From the IMG/VR virus record IMGVR_UViG_2718217785_000001: a stretch of 40,734 nt of DNA. The stretch is one strand, 5' to 3'. The position numbers and the translations under genes were made by a program. Of the stretch, positions 29,534 through 39,320 are shown in pieces (position 1 is the stretch's first letter; every line of letters starts with the position of its first letter). The stretch is from a virus (lineage: Duplodnaviria > Heunggongvirae > Uroviricota > Caudoviricetes). Under the pieces are notes generated by a model. That model saw only the letters and a list, made by a program, of their open reading frames with translations, searched no databases and was not told where the DNA came from.

Positions 29534-31358
29534 ATTTGAGCTTAAGGCGTTGATCACCGGTGTCGACAGGCTTTCTCCGGCGCTGTCGAAAATGCAAAAG
29601 AAAATCCGGGGATTTAAACGCCAGGCGGAAGAAGCGTCACAGGGTGGGCTGGCGCTTGGTGGCGGACTGGCAGCGGGTCTGACGCTTTCCCTGAAATCTT
29701 ATGCCGATCAGGAAAACGCCGCCACCGGGCTGAAAGTCGCCATGATGGATGCGAACGGCGAGGTCGGAAAGAGCTTTCAGGACATCAATAAACTGGCTAT
29801 TGGCCTGGGTAACCAGCTACCCGGTACAACGGCTGATTTTCAGAACATGATGCAGATGCTGGTGCGTCAGGGGATCCCGGCAGAAAACATTCTTGGCGGT
29901 GTGGGTAAAGCGACGGCTTATCTTGCGGTACAACTGAAAAAAACACCGGAAGCGGCTGCTGAGTTTGCCGCAAAGATGCAGGATGCTACCGGAACGGCGT
30001 CAGAAGACATGATGGGGCTGTTCGACACTATCCAGAAGGCGTTTTATCTGGGCGTTGACGATACCAACATGTTGTCCTTCTTCACTAAAACCAGCTCTGT
30101 TCTGAAGATGGTGAACAAGGACGGTCTTCAGGCTGCACAGAGCCTTGCCCCCATCAGCGTCATGATGGATCAGATGGGGATGAACGGGGAGTCGGCAGGT
30201 AACGCCCTGCGAAAAGTTATCCAGTCCGGATTAAGCGTTAAGAAAATCAGGGACGTCAATAAAATCATGGCCCGCCAGAAACTCGGGGTACAGCTCGATT
30301 TTACTGACGGCAAAGGGAGTTTTGGCGGTCTTGATAACATGTTCAGGCAACTGGCAAAGCTGCGAAAACTGACCGACGTTAAACGAACTGGTGTACTTAA
30401 GGCAATATTTGGTGATGATGCCGAAACCCTTCAGGTGGTCAATGCGCTGATCGATAAAGGAAAGGATGGCTACGATCAGATCCAGCAGAAGATGAATAAA
30501 CAGGCCAGCCTGAATAAACGTGTTCAGGCACAGCTTGGTACGCTGTCCAACCTGTGGGAGGCAATGACAGGGACCGCAACTAACGGCCTTGCGGCTATTG
30601 GCGGCGCATTTTCTGGTGACGCTAAAAATATCACGCAATGGCTGGGGGAGTTGGGGGAAAAATTCACGAAGTTTGCGGATGAAAATCCCCGGGTTATTCG
30701 CGGCGTCGTCGGGCTTGCTGCCGGTCTTGCGATTCTGAAACTGGGATTGATGGGCGTGGGCAGTGCCATCAGTATTGTCAGCAGGATCATGTCGATGACG
30801 CCGATTGGCATGATTGCGACGGCGATTGCTCTGGCTGCGGGATTAATTATCACTAACTGGGATGTTGTCGGACCTTATTTCAAGAAGCTCTGGGAAACCA
30901 TTGGTCCTTATTTTGAGGCTGGCTGGGAACTCCTTAAGAAAGTTTTTGCCTGGTCGCCGCTGGGGATGGTGATCAATAACTGGGGGCCGGTTGTTAAGTG
31001 GTTTCAGGATATGTGGGACAAGCTGAAGCCAATTATTGAGTGGTTTACCGACAGTTCCGGTGACACGGTCGATGCCATTAACTCTGCGCAGTGGGGCGCG
31101 GGTGCTTATGATGCTTATGGGACGGGAATACCGGCACGGGGATACACTCCTTATCCGGCGGTGGATCCGGCTCAGGCAAACAACGCCTCCGATGCCACAG
31201 GCCCGAATCCCTTCATGATTAATAAAGCTACCGCGCCAAAAGTTGATGGTGAGATCAAGGTATCATTTATAAATATGCCACCAGGTATGCGGGTTACGGA
31301 AACACGCTCCAGTGGCATTGATATAAATCACGATGTTGGCTATACCCGATTTTGGTAG
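29526..31358 (+). CDS. Tail tape measure protein
   Basis: 610 aa, helical, Gly/Ala-rich TM-like segments, downstream of chaperone. Confidence 0.8.
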   Translation: MAEFELKALITGVDRLSPALSKMQKKIRGFKRQAEEASQGGLALGGGLAAGLTLSLKSYADQENAATGLKVAMMDANGEVGKSFQDINKLAIGLGNQLPGTTADFQNMMQMLVRQGIPAENILGGVGKATAYLAVQLKKTPEAAAEFAAKMQDATGTASEDMMGLFDTIQKAFYLGVDDTNMLSFFTKTSSVLKMVNKDGLQAAQSLAPISVMMDQMGMNGESAGNALRKVIQSGLSVKKIRDVNKIMARQKLGVQLDFTDGKGSFGGLDNMFRQLAKLRKLTDVKRTGVLKAIFGDDAETLQVVNALIDKGKDGYDQIQQKMNKQASLNKRVQAQLGTLSNLWEAMTGTATNGLAAIGGAFSGDAKNITQWLGELGEKFTKFADENPRVIRGVVGLAAGLAILKLGLMGVGSAISIVSRIMSMTPIGMIATAIALAAGLIITNWDVVGPYFKKLWETIGPYFEAGWELLKKVFAWSPLGMVINNWGPVVKWFQDMWDKLKPIIEWFTDSSGDTVDAINSAQWGAGAYDAYGTGIPARGYTPYPAVDPAQANNASDATGPNPFMINKATAPKVDGEIKVSFINMPPGMRVTETRSSGIDINHDVGYTRFW

Positions 31359-31386
31359 CCAGGATTCCCCTCACATGTATTGCTGG

Positions 31387-31414
31387 TTGTAAGTCATAAA
31401 TAGAGTGATAGAAT
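31387..31414 (+). promoter_or_regulatory. Putative sigma70 promoter for tail-module moron (TTGTAA-N16-TAGAAT)
   Basis: -35 at 31387-31392 and -10 at 31409-31414 read from sequence. Confidence 0.35.
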
Positions 31415-31449
31415 TAATGCACATTTAGAAAAATGTTAATAGGCGAAAA

Positions 31450-31980
31450 ATGAAAGGCTATATCACAGCAAGTGTAATTCTTGGAGCAGCGGCTATTTTT
31501 TCATCTCTCATAATCTCTGGCAACATCTCCTTTAAAGATGAACATATTATTCAGTTATCTGGAGGAGCCATAAAACTTGGTGATGTTTATAAAGAAAATA
31601 AATTGATAAGTGCAAAGATTATTTTTCCAGATAATCAGGGTGAACAGATTCTTGTTGTCGACGGCAATCCTGAAAACTTTAAGGAGGATTTTCAGGAGAA
31701 ATTAAATAAAGTAATAAAAACTTTAAATGCGTCAAAGAAAAAAGATGAAGAGAAAGTTAGTCTGGATAATTTAAGTGTTATTGAAGAGTCTAAACTAGAG
31801 CTCGTTTCTGCGGTGCGTTACTCTGCTCAGTATGTTCCTATGTTTACTCTGACGCTGGACAAAAAAGAAATTACCATGCCTAAAAATACGGTAATATTTC
31901 CATTTGCCAGCGATGAAACAGCTAAGTATTTAAATGAACAACAGCAAAAGTATAAAGATTCGTTGTTTCTGACTCGCTAA
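31450..31980 (+). CDS. Low-GC moron encoding secreted or membrane-anchored protein, unknown function
   Basis: 176 aa, N-terminal hydrophobic signal/anchor, Lys/Glu-rich, AT-rich, own promoter-like element and terminator, inserted between tape measure and baseplate genes. Confidence 0.6.
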   Translation: MKGYITASVILGAAAIFSSLIISGNISFKDEHIIQLSGGAIKLGDVYKENKLISAKIIFPDNQGEQILVVDGNPENFKEDFQEKLNKVIKTLNASKKKDEEKVSLDNLSVIEESKLELVSAVRYSAQYVPMFTLTLDKKEITMPKNTVIFPFASDETAKYLNEQQQKYKDSLFLTR

Positions 31981-31998
31981 TTAATAAAATTCATTACA

Positions 31999-32030
31999 AG
32001 GCCACCTTCTAATAGGTGGCTTTTTTATTT
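31999..32030 (+). terminator. Intrinsic terminator after tail moron
   Basis: GGCCACCT-TCTAAT-AGGTGGC hairpin followed by TTTTTTATTTT. Confidence 0.65.
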
Positions 32031-32041
32031 TCGGAGTGTAT

Positions 32042-33370
32042 ATGACGTGGAAAGACAGGCTTCAGGATGCGTCATTTCGAGGTGTGCCGTTTAAGGTTGA
32101 AGAAGAAAGTGCGGGAACCGGTCGCCGTGTGGAAACACATGAATACCCGAACCGCGACAAGCCCTATACCGAAGATCTGGGAAAAGTCACTTTCCGCCCG
32201 TCCATCACAGCTTATGTGGTGGGAGATGACTGCTTTGACCAGCGCGATCGCCTGATTGAAGCGCTGAATAAACCCGGTCCCGGCACGCTTGTCCACCCGA
32301 CATATGGTGAGCTGAAAGTCTGTGTTGACGGGGAAGTTCGGGTCAGCACATCGAAAAGTGAAGGGCGTATTGTCCGCTTTGACCTGAAGTTTGTCGAAGC
32401 AGGAGAACTCTCTTACCCCACATCAGGTGCGGCGACGGCGCAGACGCTGATGTCATCCTGTTCTGCACTGGATGACTGCATCAGTGACAGCTTCAGCGGT
32501 TTCAGTATCGATGGCGTGGCAGATTTTGTGCAGAACGATGTCGTCGGTAATGCCAGCACAATGCTTGGGTATGTTTCTGATGCGATGAAAGTGGTGGATT
32601 CTGCCGTATCGGATGCCGCCAGGCTGTTGCAGGGGGATATCTCGGTACTTCTGCCGCCGCCATCGTCAGGCAAAAATTTCGTTGAGCAGGTGCAGAAAAT
32701 GTGGCGTACCGGGAAACGCCTTTATGGTAACGCCAGCGACCTGGTCACCATGATCAAAACGCTTTCCGGTGTCAGCCTCGGCAGCGATCTGCAACCGCGC
32801 GGCGTCTGGAAAACGGACAGTAAAACCACCGCCACGGCGACGCAGCAGCGTAACGTGGTTGCCAGCACCCTTCGTACGACCGCAATCAGCGAAGCGGCGT
32901 ATGCCGTCACCCGATTGCCTGCGCCAACAACTTCCGCGGTGATGCAGAATTCCGCAGTGGGGCAGGCAACAACACCCGCGCAGAGTACTGGCTGGCCTTC
33001 CGTCACGCATCCGGCACTGAACAATGCACCGGCGGTGAAAAACACGGTTGACCTGCCGACGTGGGAAGAACTGACTGACATTCGCGACACACTGAATACG
33101 GCAATTGATAAGGAGTTGTCCCGTACAACCAGCGATGCGCTGTTTCTGGCGCTGCGCCGGGTGAAAGCAGATCTGAATGCGGATATCAATACGCGCCTTG
33201 AACAGTCTGCACGGATCATTCAGCGCACACCGGATGAGGTTTTACCCGCGCTGGTGCTGGCGGCGACCTGGTTTGATAACGCGGCGCGTGACGCGGACAT
33301 TATCCGGCGTAATGCCATTACGCATCCCGGCTTTGTGCCGGTGATCCCTCTGAAGGTGCCAGTGCAATGA
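32042..33370 (+). CDS. DNA circularization protein (Mu N-like); ORF could begin at GTG 32036
   Basis: RBS GGAG then ATG; N-terminal domain in expected position after tape measure. Confidence 0.7.
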   Translation: MTWKDRLQDASFRGVPFKVEEESAGTGRRVETHEYPNRDKPYTEDLGKVTFRPSITAYVVGDDCFDQRDRLIEALNKPGPGTLVHPTYGELKVCVDGEVRVSTSKSEGRIVRFDLKFVEAGELSYPTSGAATAQTLMSSCSALDDCISDSFSGFSIDGVADFVQNDVVGNASTMLGYVSDAMKVVDSAVSDAARLLQGDISVLLPPPSSGKNFVEQVQKMWRTGKRLYGNASDLVTMIKTLSGVSLGSDLQPRGVWKTDSKTTATATQQRNVVASTLRTTAISEAAYAVTRLPAPTTSAVMQNSAVGQATTPAQSTGWPSVTHPALNNAPAVKNTVDLPTWEELTDIRDTLNTAIDKELSRTTSDALFLALRRVKADLNADINTRLEQSARIIQRTPDEVLPALVLAATWFDNAARDADIIRRNAITHPGFVPVIPLKVPVQ

Positions 33371-34446
33371 ACGACAATGTCACGCTACGGGTAAATGGCC
33401 GGGAGTGGAATGGCTGGACATCGGTGCGCATCGGTGCCGGTATTGAACGGCTGGCGCGGGATTTCAGTGTGGAGATCACCCGCCAGTGGCCGGGTGATGA
33501 GGGTATCACCACGCTTCAGCCGCGCATTAAAAACGGTTCAAAAGTGGAGGTGCTGATTGGTGATGAGCTGGTGATCACCGGCTGGGTGGAGGCTACGCCC
33601 GTTCGTTACGATGCCCGTTCGGTCAGCACCGGTATTGCCGGACGCAGTCTGACCGCTGACCTGATTGATTGTGCAGCCGAACCGACACAGTTTAACGGAC
33701 GATCACTGGTACAGATTGCGCAGGCGCTTGCTGCGCCTTTCGGCATTGAGGTGGTGAACAGCGATGCGCCGTCGGGTGTTATTCCGGATGTCCAGCCTGA
33801 TCACGGTGAAACGGTGATCGAGGTGATCAACAAAATACTCGGTCAGCAGCAGGCACTGGCTTACGACGACCCGCACGGCAGGCTGGTGATTGGCGGTATT
33901 GGCTCAACGCGGGCACATACTGCGCTGGTACTCGGGGAAAACATCCTTTCCTGCGATACGGAGAAGAGTATCCGGGAGCGGTTTTCTGTTTACCAGGTGG
34001 CGGGGCAGCGTGCCGGAAACGACGATGATTTCGGTGAGGCCACCACCACCGCGCTGCGGGCCCGCACAGAGGACGCATTTATTGCCCGTTACCGTCCGAT
34101 GTATATCAGGCAGACAGGGCAGGCTACGGGGGCAGGCTGTATTGCCCGTGCGGACTTTGAAGCCAGACAACGGGCGGCGCGGACGGATGAAACCACCTAT
34201 GTGGTGCAGGGCTGGCGACAGGGTAACGGTACGCTGTGGCAGCCCAACCAGCGGGTGATTGTCTTTGATCCTGTCTGTGGTTTCGACAATACCGAACTGC
34301 TTGTTTCGGAAGTCACGTTTACTCAGGACCAGAACGGCACCCTGACGGAAATCCGTGTCGGCCCACCTGATGCTTATCTGCCTGAACCCGAAGCCCCCGG
34401 CGCGCGGAAAAAGAAAAAAGCCAGAGTACAGGAGGACCCGTTCTGA
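33367..34446 (+). CDS. Baseplate hub / tail protein (Mu P-like)
   Basis: 359 aa, position in baseplate cluster. Confidence 0.7.
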   Translation: MNDNVTLRVNGREWNGWTSVRIGAGIERLARDFSVEITRQWPGDEGITTLQPRIKNGSKVEVLIGDELVITGWVEATPVRYDARSVSTGIAGRSLTADLIDCAAEPTQFNGRSLVQIAQALAAPFGIEVVNSDAPSGVIPDVQPDHGETVIEVINKILGQQQALAYDDPHGRLVIGGIGSTRAHTALVLGENILSCDTEKSIRERFSVYQVAGQRAGNDDDFGEATTTALRARTEDAFIARYRPMYIRQTGQATGAGCIARADFEARQRAARTDETTYVVQGWRQGNGTLWQPNQRVIVFDPVCGFDNTELLVSEVTFTQDQNGTLTEIRVGPPDAYLPEPEAPGARKKKKARVQEDPF

Positions 34447-34994
34447 TGAGGACGATTGAAGCCATGCAGCGACAACTCCTCGGCCTGATTGGGCGGGCGG
34501 TGGTGAAAAGCATCAGTGCCGCCACGAAATGTCAGACCGTGGATGTGTCCCTGATTGCCGGTGAACCCAAAGCCGGGGTTGAACATCTTGAACCCTACGG
34601 TTTTACCGCAAGGGCAAACAGCGGTGCGGAAGCGGTGGTGTTGTTTCCGGATGGTGACCGTTCTCATGCGGTGGTTGTTACGGTGTCGGACCGGCGCTAC
34701 CGCCTGAAAGGGCTGCAGACGGGTGAGGTGGCTGTCTATGACGATCAGGGGCAGTCCGTGACGCTGACCCGGGAGGGGATCGTGGTGGACGGTGCAGGTA
34801 AAACGATCACGTTTCGCAATTCACCTAAAGCACGTTTTGAAATGGACCTGGAAGTGACAGGACAGGTGAAAGACCTGTGCGACTCCAGCGGCACCACCAT
34901 GTCAGCGATGCGGCTTGCCTATAACGGGCATCGTCACAGAGAGAACGGTCAGGGCAGTAACACCGACAAACCTGATAAAGCGATGGAGGCATGA
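34446..34994 (+). CDS. Baseplate spike protein (gpV / Mu gp45-like)
   Basis: 182 aa, position and size. Confidence 0.65.
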   Translation: MRTIEAMQRQLLGLIGRAVVKSISAATKCQTVDVSLIAGEPKAGVEHLEPYGFTARANSGAEAVVLFPDGDRSHAVVVTVSDRRYRLKGLQTGEVAVYDDQGQSVTLTREGIVVDGAGKTITFRNSPKARFEMDLEVTGQVKDLCDSSGTTMSAMRLAYNGHRHRENGQGSNTDKPDKAMEA

Positions 34995-35419
34995 TGGAAC
35001 TGTGGCTGACGGTGAACGGTAAACGCACCTGCGCCAGCGCACCGCTGGATCCGCTGACCCGCGCCGTGGTGATTTCCCTGTTTACCTGGCGGCGGGCGGA
35101 GCCTGATGACAACGCCGACGTCCCGATGGGATGGTGGGGGGATACCTGGCCTGCGGTACAGAATGACCGTTACGGCTCCCGACTGTGGCTGCTTCAGCGC
35201 AGCAAACTGACCAATCAGCTGGTGCAGACGGTAAGGGGGTATATCCGCGAATGCCTGCAATGGATGATTGATGACGGCGTGGTGTCCCGTATTGATCTGG
35301 ATATCCGCCGCACCGGGATTAATGAACTGGGTAACAGTATCACTCTCTGGCGTCGTGACGGACCGGTAATGATTTCTTTTGATGATCTGTGGAGTGCGAT
35401 AACGCATGGCGGACAGTGA
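34991..35419 (+). CDS. Baseplate wedge protein (gpW / gp25-like)
   Basis: 142 aa upstream of baseplate J. Confidence 0.65.
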   Translation: MMELWLTVNGKRTCASAPLDPLTRAVVISLFTWRRAEPDDNADVPMGWWGDTWPAVQNDRYGSRLWLLQRSKLTNQLVQTVRGYIRECLQWMIDDGVVSRIDLDIRRTGINELGNSITLWRRDGPVMISFDDLWSAITHGGQ

Positions 35420-36464
35420 ATTTCAGCGCCCGACGCTGGCAGAAAATATCAGTATGCTCCGTAACGATTTATTCGCCAGGCTGGACGTCAGCGACACGCT
35501 CCGGCGCATGGATGAAGACGTGCGGGCAAAGGTGTATGCGGCGGCGCTGCATACGGTTTACGGGTACATCGATTATCTGGCAATGAACATGCTGCCTGAC
35601 TTGTGCGATGAGTCCTGGCTGGCGCGACATGCTGCGATGAAACGATGTCCGCGCAAGGGGGCCACGGCTGCCAGCGGGTATATGCGCTGGGAAGGTGTCA
35701 GCGATGGCCTGAAGGTGACCGCCGGGAGTGTTATTCAGCGCGATGACCTGGTGCAGTACACGGCAACTGCCGATGCAACCAGCTCCGGTGGTGTCCTGCG
35801 CGTGCCGATCGCCTGCTCAAATGCAGGCGCGGTCGGTAACGCTGACGACGGTACGGCATTAATCCTGGTCACGCCGGTGAATGGTCTGCCGTCTTCCGGT
35901 GTGGCTGACACCCTGACAGGCGGATTTGATACTGAAGAGCTGGAAACGTGGCGCGCCCGCGTCATTGAGCGGTATTACTGGACGCCGCAGGGCGGGGCTG
36001 ACGGGGACTATGTCGTCTGGGCTAAAGAAGTGCCCGGCATTACCCGCGCATGGACATACCGTCACTGGATGGGAACGGGAACTGTCGGTGTGATGATTGC
36101 CAGCAGTGACCTGATTAATCCCATTCCGGAAGAATCAACGGAAACGGCGGCAAGACAACATATCGAGCCACTGGCCCCGGTGGCAGGCTCTGATTTGTAT
36201 GTGTTCAGGCCGGTGGCACATACGGTGGATTTTCATATCCGCGTGACGCCGGACACACCGGAAATACGGGCTGCCATCACCGCGGAGTTGCGTTCGTTCC
36301 TGCTGCGTGATGGTTATCCGCAGGGAGAACTGAAGGTATCGCGTATCAGTGAGGCGATTTCCGGTGCGAACGGGGAATACAGCCATCAGTTGCTTGCACC
36401 GGCAGACAATATCTCCATTGCGAAAAACGAACTGGCGGTACTGGGGACGATTTCATGGACGTGA
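35406..36464 (+). CDS. Baseplate J-like protein (e14 JayE-like)
   Basis: 352 aa in conserved baseplate position. Confidence 0.75.
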   Translation: MADSEFQRPTLAENISMLRNDLFARLDVSDTLRRMDEDVRAKVYAAALHTVYGYIDYLAMNMLPDLCDESWLARHAAMKRCPRKGATAASGYMRWEGVSDGLKVTAGSVIQRDDLVQYTATADATSSGGVLRVPIACSNAGAVGNADDGTALILVTPVNGLPSSGVADTLTGGFDTEELETWRARVIERYYWTPQGGADGDYVVWAKEVPGITRAWTYRHWMGTGTVGVMIASSDLINPIPEESTETAARQHIEPLAPVAGSDLYVFRPVAHTVDFHIRVTPDTPEIRAAITAELRSFLLRDGYPQGELKVSRISEAISGANGEYSHQLLAPADNISIAKNELAVLGTISWT

Positions 36465-37039
36465 CAAACGATGATTACATCCGTCTGTTGTCAGCACTGT
36501 TGCCGCCCGGTCCGGCGTGGTCAGCCAGCGATCCGGCGATTGCCGGTGCGGCACCGTCATTAACCCGTGTTCATCAGCGTGCGGATGCCCTGATGCAGGA
36601 GCTGGATCCGCGCACCACCACCGAACTGATAAACCGCTGGGAGCGTCTGTGCGGCCTGCCGGATGAATGTATTCCGGCAGGGACGCAGACCCTTCGCCAG
36701 CGTCAGCAACGGCTGGATGCGAAGGTTAACCTGGCGGGCGGCATCAATGAGGATTTTTATCTTGCACAGCTTGCTGCCCTGGGCAGACCAGACGCCACCA
36801 TCACGCGATACGACAAAAGCACGTTCACCTGCTCATCGGCCTGTACTGACGCGGTGAATGCGCCGGAATGGCGGTATTACTGGCAGGTCAACATGCCAGC
36901 CGCCACCAACACCACCTGGATGACATGTGGCGATCCCTGTGATTCCGCGCTGCGCTTCTGGGGGGACACCGTTGTCGAGTGTGTTCTTAACAAACTCTGC
37001 CCGTCGCATACCTATGTGATTTTTAAATATCCGGAGTAA
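36455..37039 (+). CDS. Tail protein, YmfQ-like (DUF2313)
   Basis: 194 aa between baseplate J and tail fibre, as in e14. Confidence 0.65.
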   Translation: MDVTNDDYIRLLSALLPPGPAWSASDPAIAGAAPSLTRVHQRADALMQELDPRTTTELINRWERLCGLPDECIPAGTQTLRQRQQRLDAKVNLAGGINEDFYLAQLAALGRPDATITRYDKSTFTCSSACTDAVNAPEWRYYWQVNMPAATNTTWMTCGDPCDSALRFWGDTVVECVLNKLCPSHTYVIFKYPE

Positions 37040-37042
37040 TCC

Positions 37043-37705
37043 ATGCATCGTATAGACACGAAAACCGCGCAGAAGGATAAGTTCGGCGCGGGTAAGAACG
37101 GTTTTACCCGTGGTAACCCCCAGACCGGCACGCCTGCCACCGATCTGGATGATGACTACTTTGACATGTTGCAGGAGGAGCTTTGCAGCGTTGTGGAGGC
37201 ATCCGGTGCCAGCCTGGAGAAGGGGCGGCATGACCAGCTGCTTACCGCGCTTCGTGCGCTGCTGTTAAGCCGCAAGAATCCGTTTGGCGATATCAAATCG
37301 GATGGCACGGTGAAAACAGCTCTCGAAAACCTTGGTTTGGGAGAAGCGGCGAAACGAAATGTGGGAACAGGGGAAAATCAGATACCGGACATGGCCTCTT
37401 TTGCCAGTGGTGATGGATGGATGAAATTACCCAACGGGAAAATCCTGCAATATGGTCGTGGGCGTGTGTCTCCTACGCTTGCGAGTCAGACACTACGGGT
37501 AGAATTTAATATACCTTTCCCTAAAAAAGCTGATATTGCCTTGCTTTCACATTCTGGTGATGGTGGTTCAACTGCCGGGAGTGGTCGTGGTTTTATGATG
37601 ACAACTGAAGAGCCAGGGTTAACAGGGTTTTATTCTGCCTTTAGAACAACCTCGACAAGTCCAACTGTTACCATGAATTACTGTTGGTGGGCTGTTGGCG
37701 AGTAA
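37043..37705 (+). CDS. Tail fibre protein: constant N-terminus (res 1-104) fused to variable C-terminus inside invertible segment
   Basis: 220 aa; N-terminus [21 protein letters not shown] typical of e14/Mu-type fibres; crossover site within LGLGEAAK coding region. Confidence 0.75.
   Translation: MHRIDTKTAQKDKFGAGKNGFTRGNPQTGTPATDLDDDYFDMLQEELCSVVEASGASLEKGRHDQLLTALRALLLSRKNPFGDIKSDGTVKTALENLGLGEAAKRNVGTGENQIPDMASFASGDGWMKLPNGKILQYGRGRVSPTLASQTLRVEFNIPFPKKADIALLSHSGDGGSTAGSGRGFMMTTEEPGLTGFYSAFRTTSTSPTVTMNYCWWAVGE
37320..37350. other. Left crossover site of invertible segment (hix/gix-like)
   Basis: TTGGTTTGGGAGAAGCGGC at 37332-37350 is the exact reverse complement of 38917-38935; imperfect palindromic half-sites AAACC/GGTTT. 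Confidence 0.65.
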
Positions 37706-37725
37706 TTTTATTCAGGGTGATTTAT

Positions 37726-38169
37726 ATGAACAAATATGTTTATAGTGCCAGACATAATGCTTTTTTCCCTGTGGATATGATTGATAAATATAAATCAGAG
37801 GGATGGGATTTATCAGATGTGAAAGAAGTGAATCAAAATATTGTCAGTGAGTTTATGGCTGAACCGCCACAAGGAAAAGTCCGTATTGCCGGAGATGATG
37901 CGCTGCCTGCGTGGGCTGATATTCCTCCACCCACGCATGAAGAGCTTATTGAAATTACTGAATCAGAAAGACAGCTACTAATTAACCAGGCCAACGAATA
38001 CATGAACAGTAAACAATGGCCCGGTAAAGCCGCTATTGGTCGTCTGAAAGGTGACGAACTGGCGCAATATAATTTGTGGCTGGATTATCTGGACGCACTG
38101 GAACTGGTTGATACTTCCGGTGCGCCAGATATTGAATGGCCTACGCCTCCGGCTGTTCAGGCCAGATGA
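37726..38169 (+). CDS. Tail fibre assembly protein (Tfa), active orientation
   Basis: Conserved Tfa core (LPAWADIPPPTHEE), directly after fibre gene. Confidence 0.7.
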   Translation: MNKYVYSARHNAFFPVDMIDKYKSEGWDLSDVKEVNQNIVSEFMAEPPQGKVRIAGDDALPAWADIPPPTHEELIEITESERQLLINQANEYMNSKQWPGKAAIGRLKGDELAQYNLWLDYLDALELVDTSGAPDIEWPTPPAVQAR

Positions 38170-38557
38170 CATCAGGGGCCGTTGACGTATCGACGGCTTT
38201 CACCGCTTTTTTATGCGCCATCCACTCAGACAATTTCGCTTTATCCTCGTCACTTATATCGCCGAGCATTAATTCAACCCGCCAGTCGGCGGTTACTTCG
38301 TCAATCTGCTGTAGCCGTTGCTGGCGATATTGTTCTGCCGCCGCTATTTGCTCTTCATGCGTTGGAGGCGGCGCATCGACCCAAGCGGGCAGTCCAGTGC
38401 TATCTGCACCAAGCATTTTACCTTCAGGCCAGGCAATACCAGCAAATTGGTTGTAGAGGTTAACACTGATTTCAATAGCTGATTCAGGAATAAACCTGCT
38501 TTCAGGTTCAATATAAAATCCGTTATCAACGGCGTCATAAAAGTATCTTGTTTTCAT
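38141..38557 (-). CDS. Tail fibre assembly protein (Tfa), alternative cassette
   Basis: Same Tfa core (LPAWVDAPPPTHEEQ) on the opposite strand, convergent with the first. Confidence 0.7.
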   Translation of the reverse strand: MKTRYFYDAVDNGFYIEPESRFIPESAIEISVNLYNQFAGIAWPEGKMLGADSTGLPAWVDAPPPTHEEQIAAAEQYRQQRLQQIDEVTADWRVELMLGDISDEDKAKLSEWMAHKKAVKAVDTSTAPDVIWPEQPEA

Positions 38558-38558
38558 G

Positions 38559-38935
38559 TTAATAACCTATTGCGAATAAACAACCGGCAGCTGAAGCACC
38601 CGCCCATGAAGTCCCATTAGTTGTTCTTAAAACACGAACTTTGACTGTCGTTCTGGTAGAGCCACCAATATCGAAGCCCCACGTTGTGCCGGCCGATCCA
38701 TTCCACGAGCTAGCAGAAGCACCTGAGTCAATCGCAGTGGCATGAAACAGAGCGTTAGGAAATGCCATAGGTAATGTCACGGTTGCTACTCCAGTCGAAT
38801 CGGAAAGAAATCCAGAGACCCACTGGAAAATGATATTTTGTTCAACCCCACCAATTAAAGCCGGGATCAATATTCTCCCGGTATTACCCGTTACCCCTAC
38901 AGCAGCGCCAAGTTTTGCCGCTTCTCCCAAACCAA
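38559..38935 (-). CDS. Alternative tail fibre C-terminal cassette (silent in present orientation)
   Basis: Minus-strand ORF sharing GLGEAAK junction with the + strand fibre, lacks its own constant N-terminus. Confidence 0.65.
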
Positions 38936-38947
38936 CGTTTATGAAAA
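38917..38947. other. Right crossover site of invertible segment (TTCTCCCAAACCAACGTTTATGAAAA)
   Basis: 26 bp hix-like imperfect palindrome; inverted copy of left site. Confidence 0.65.
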
Positions 38948-39001
38948 TGCAGAAATAACGAGCAAATGGCATCATTCCTGCTTTTGTCAGGGAGATCTAC
39001 C

Positions 39002-39316
39002 ATGCTTATTGGCTATGTACGTGTGTCAACAAATGACCAGAACACCGATCTGCAACGTAATGCACTGAACTGCGCGGGATGTGAGCGGATTTTTGAGGAT
39101 ACAATCAGTGGCACTAAGTCCGACAGACCAGGGCTGAAAAAACTGCTCAGGACATTATCGGCAGGTGACACTCTGGTTGTCTGGAAGCTGGATCGGCTGG
39201 GGCGCAGTATGCGGCATCTTGTCGTGCTGGTGGAGGAGTTGCGCGAACAAGGTGTTAACTTTAGTAGTTATGTTATTACAGGTGGGGGATTTCTCCCCCT
39301 TATGCAGATTTTCTAG
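39002..39316 (+). pseudogene. pin: Pin/Gin/Hin-family serine DNA invertase, truncated after about residue 85
   Basis: N-terminus MLIGYVRVSTNDQNTDLQRNAL...TLVVWKLDRLGRS matches Pin-type resolvase domain; homology stops near 39262 and ORF ends in unrelated low-GC sequence. Confidence 0.7.
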
Positions 39317-39320
39317 TTAA

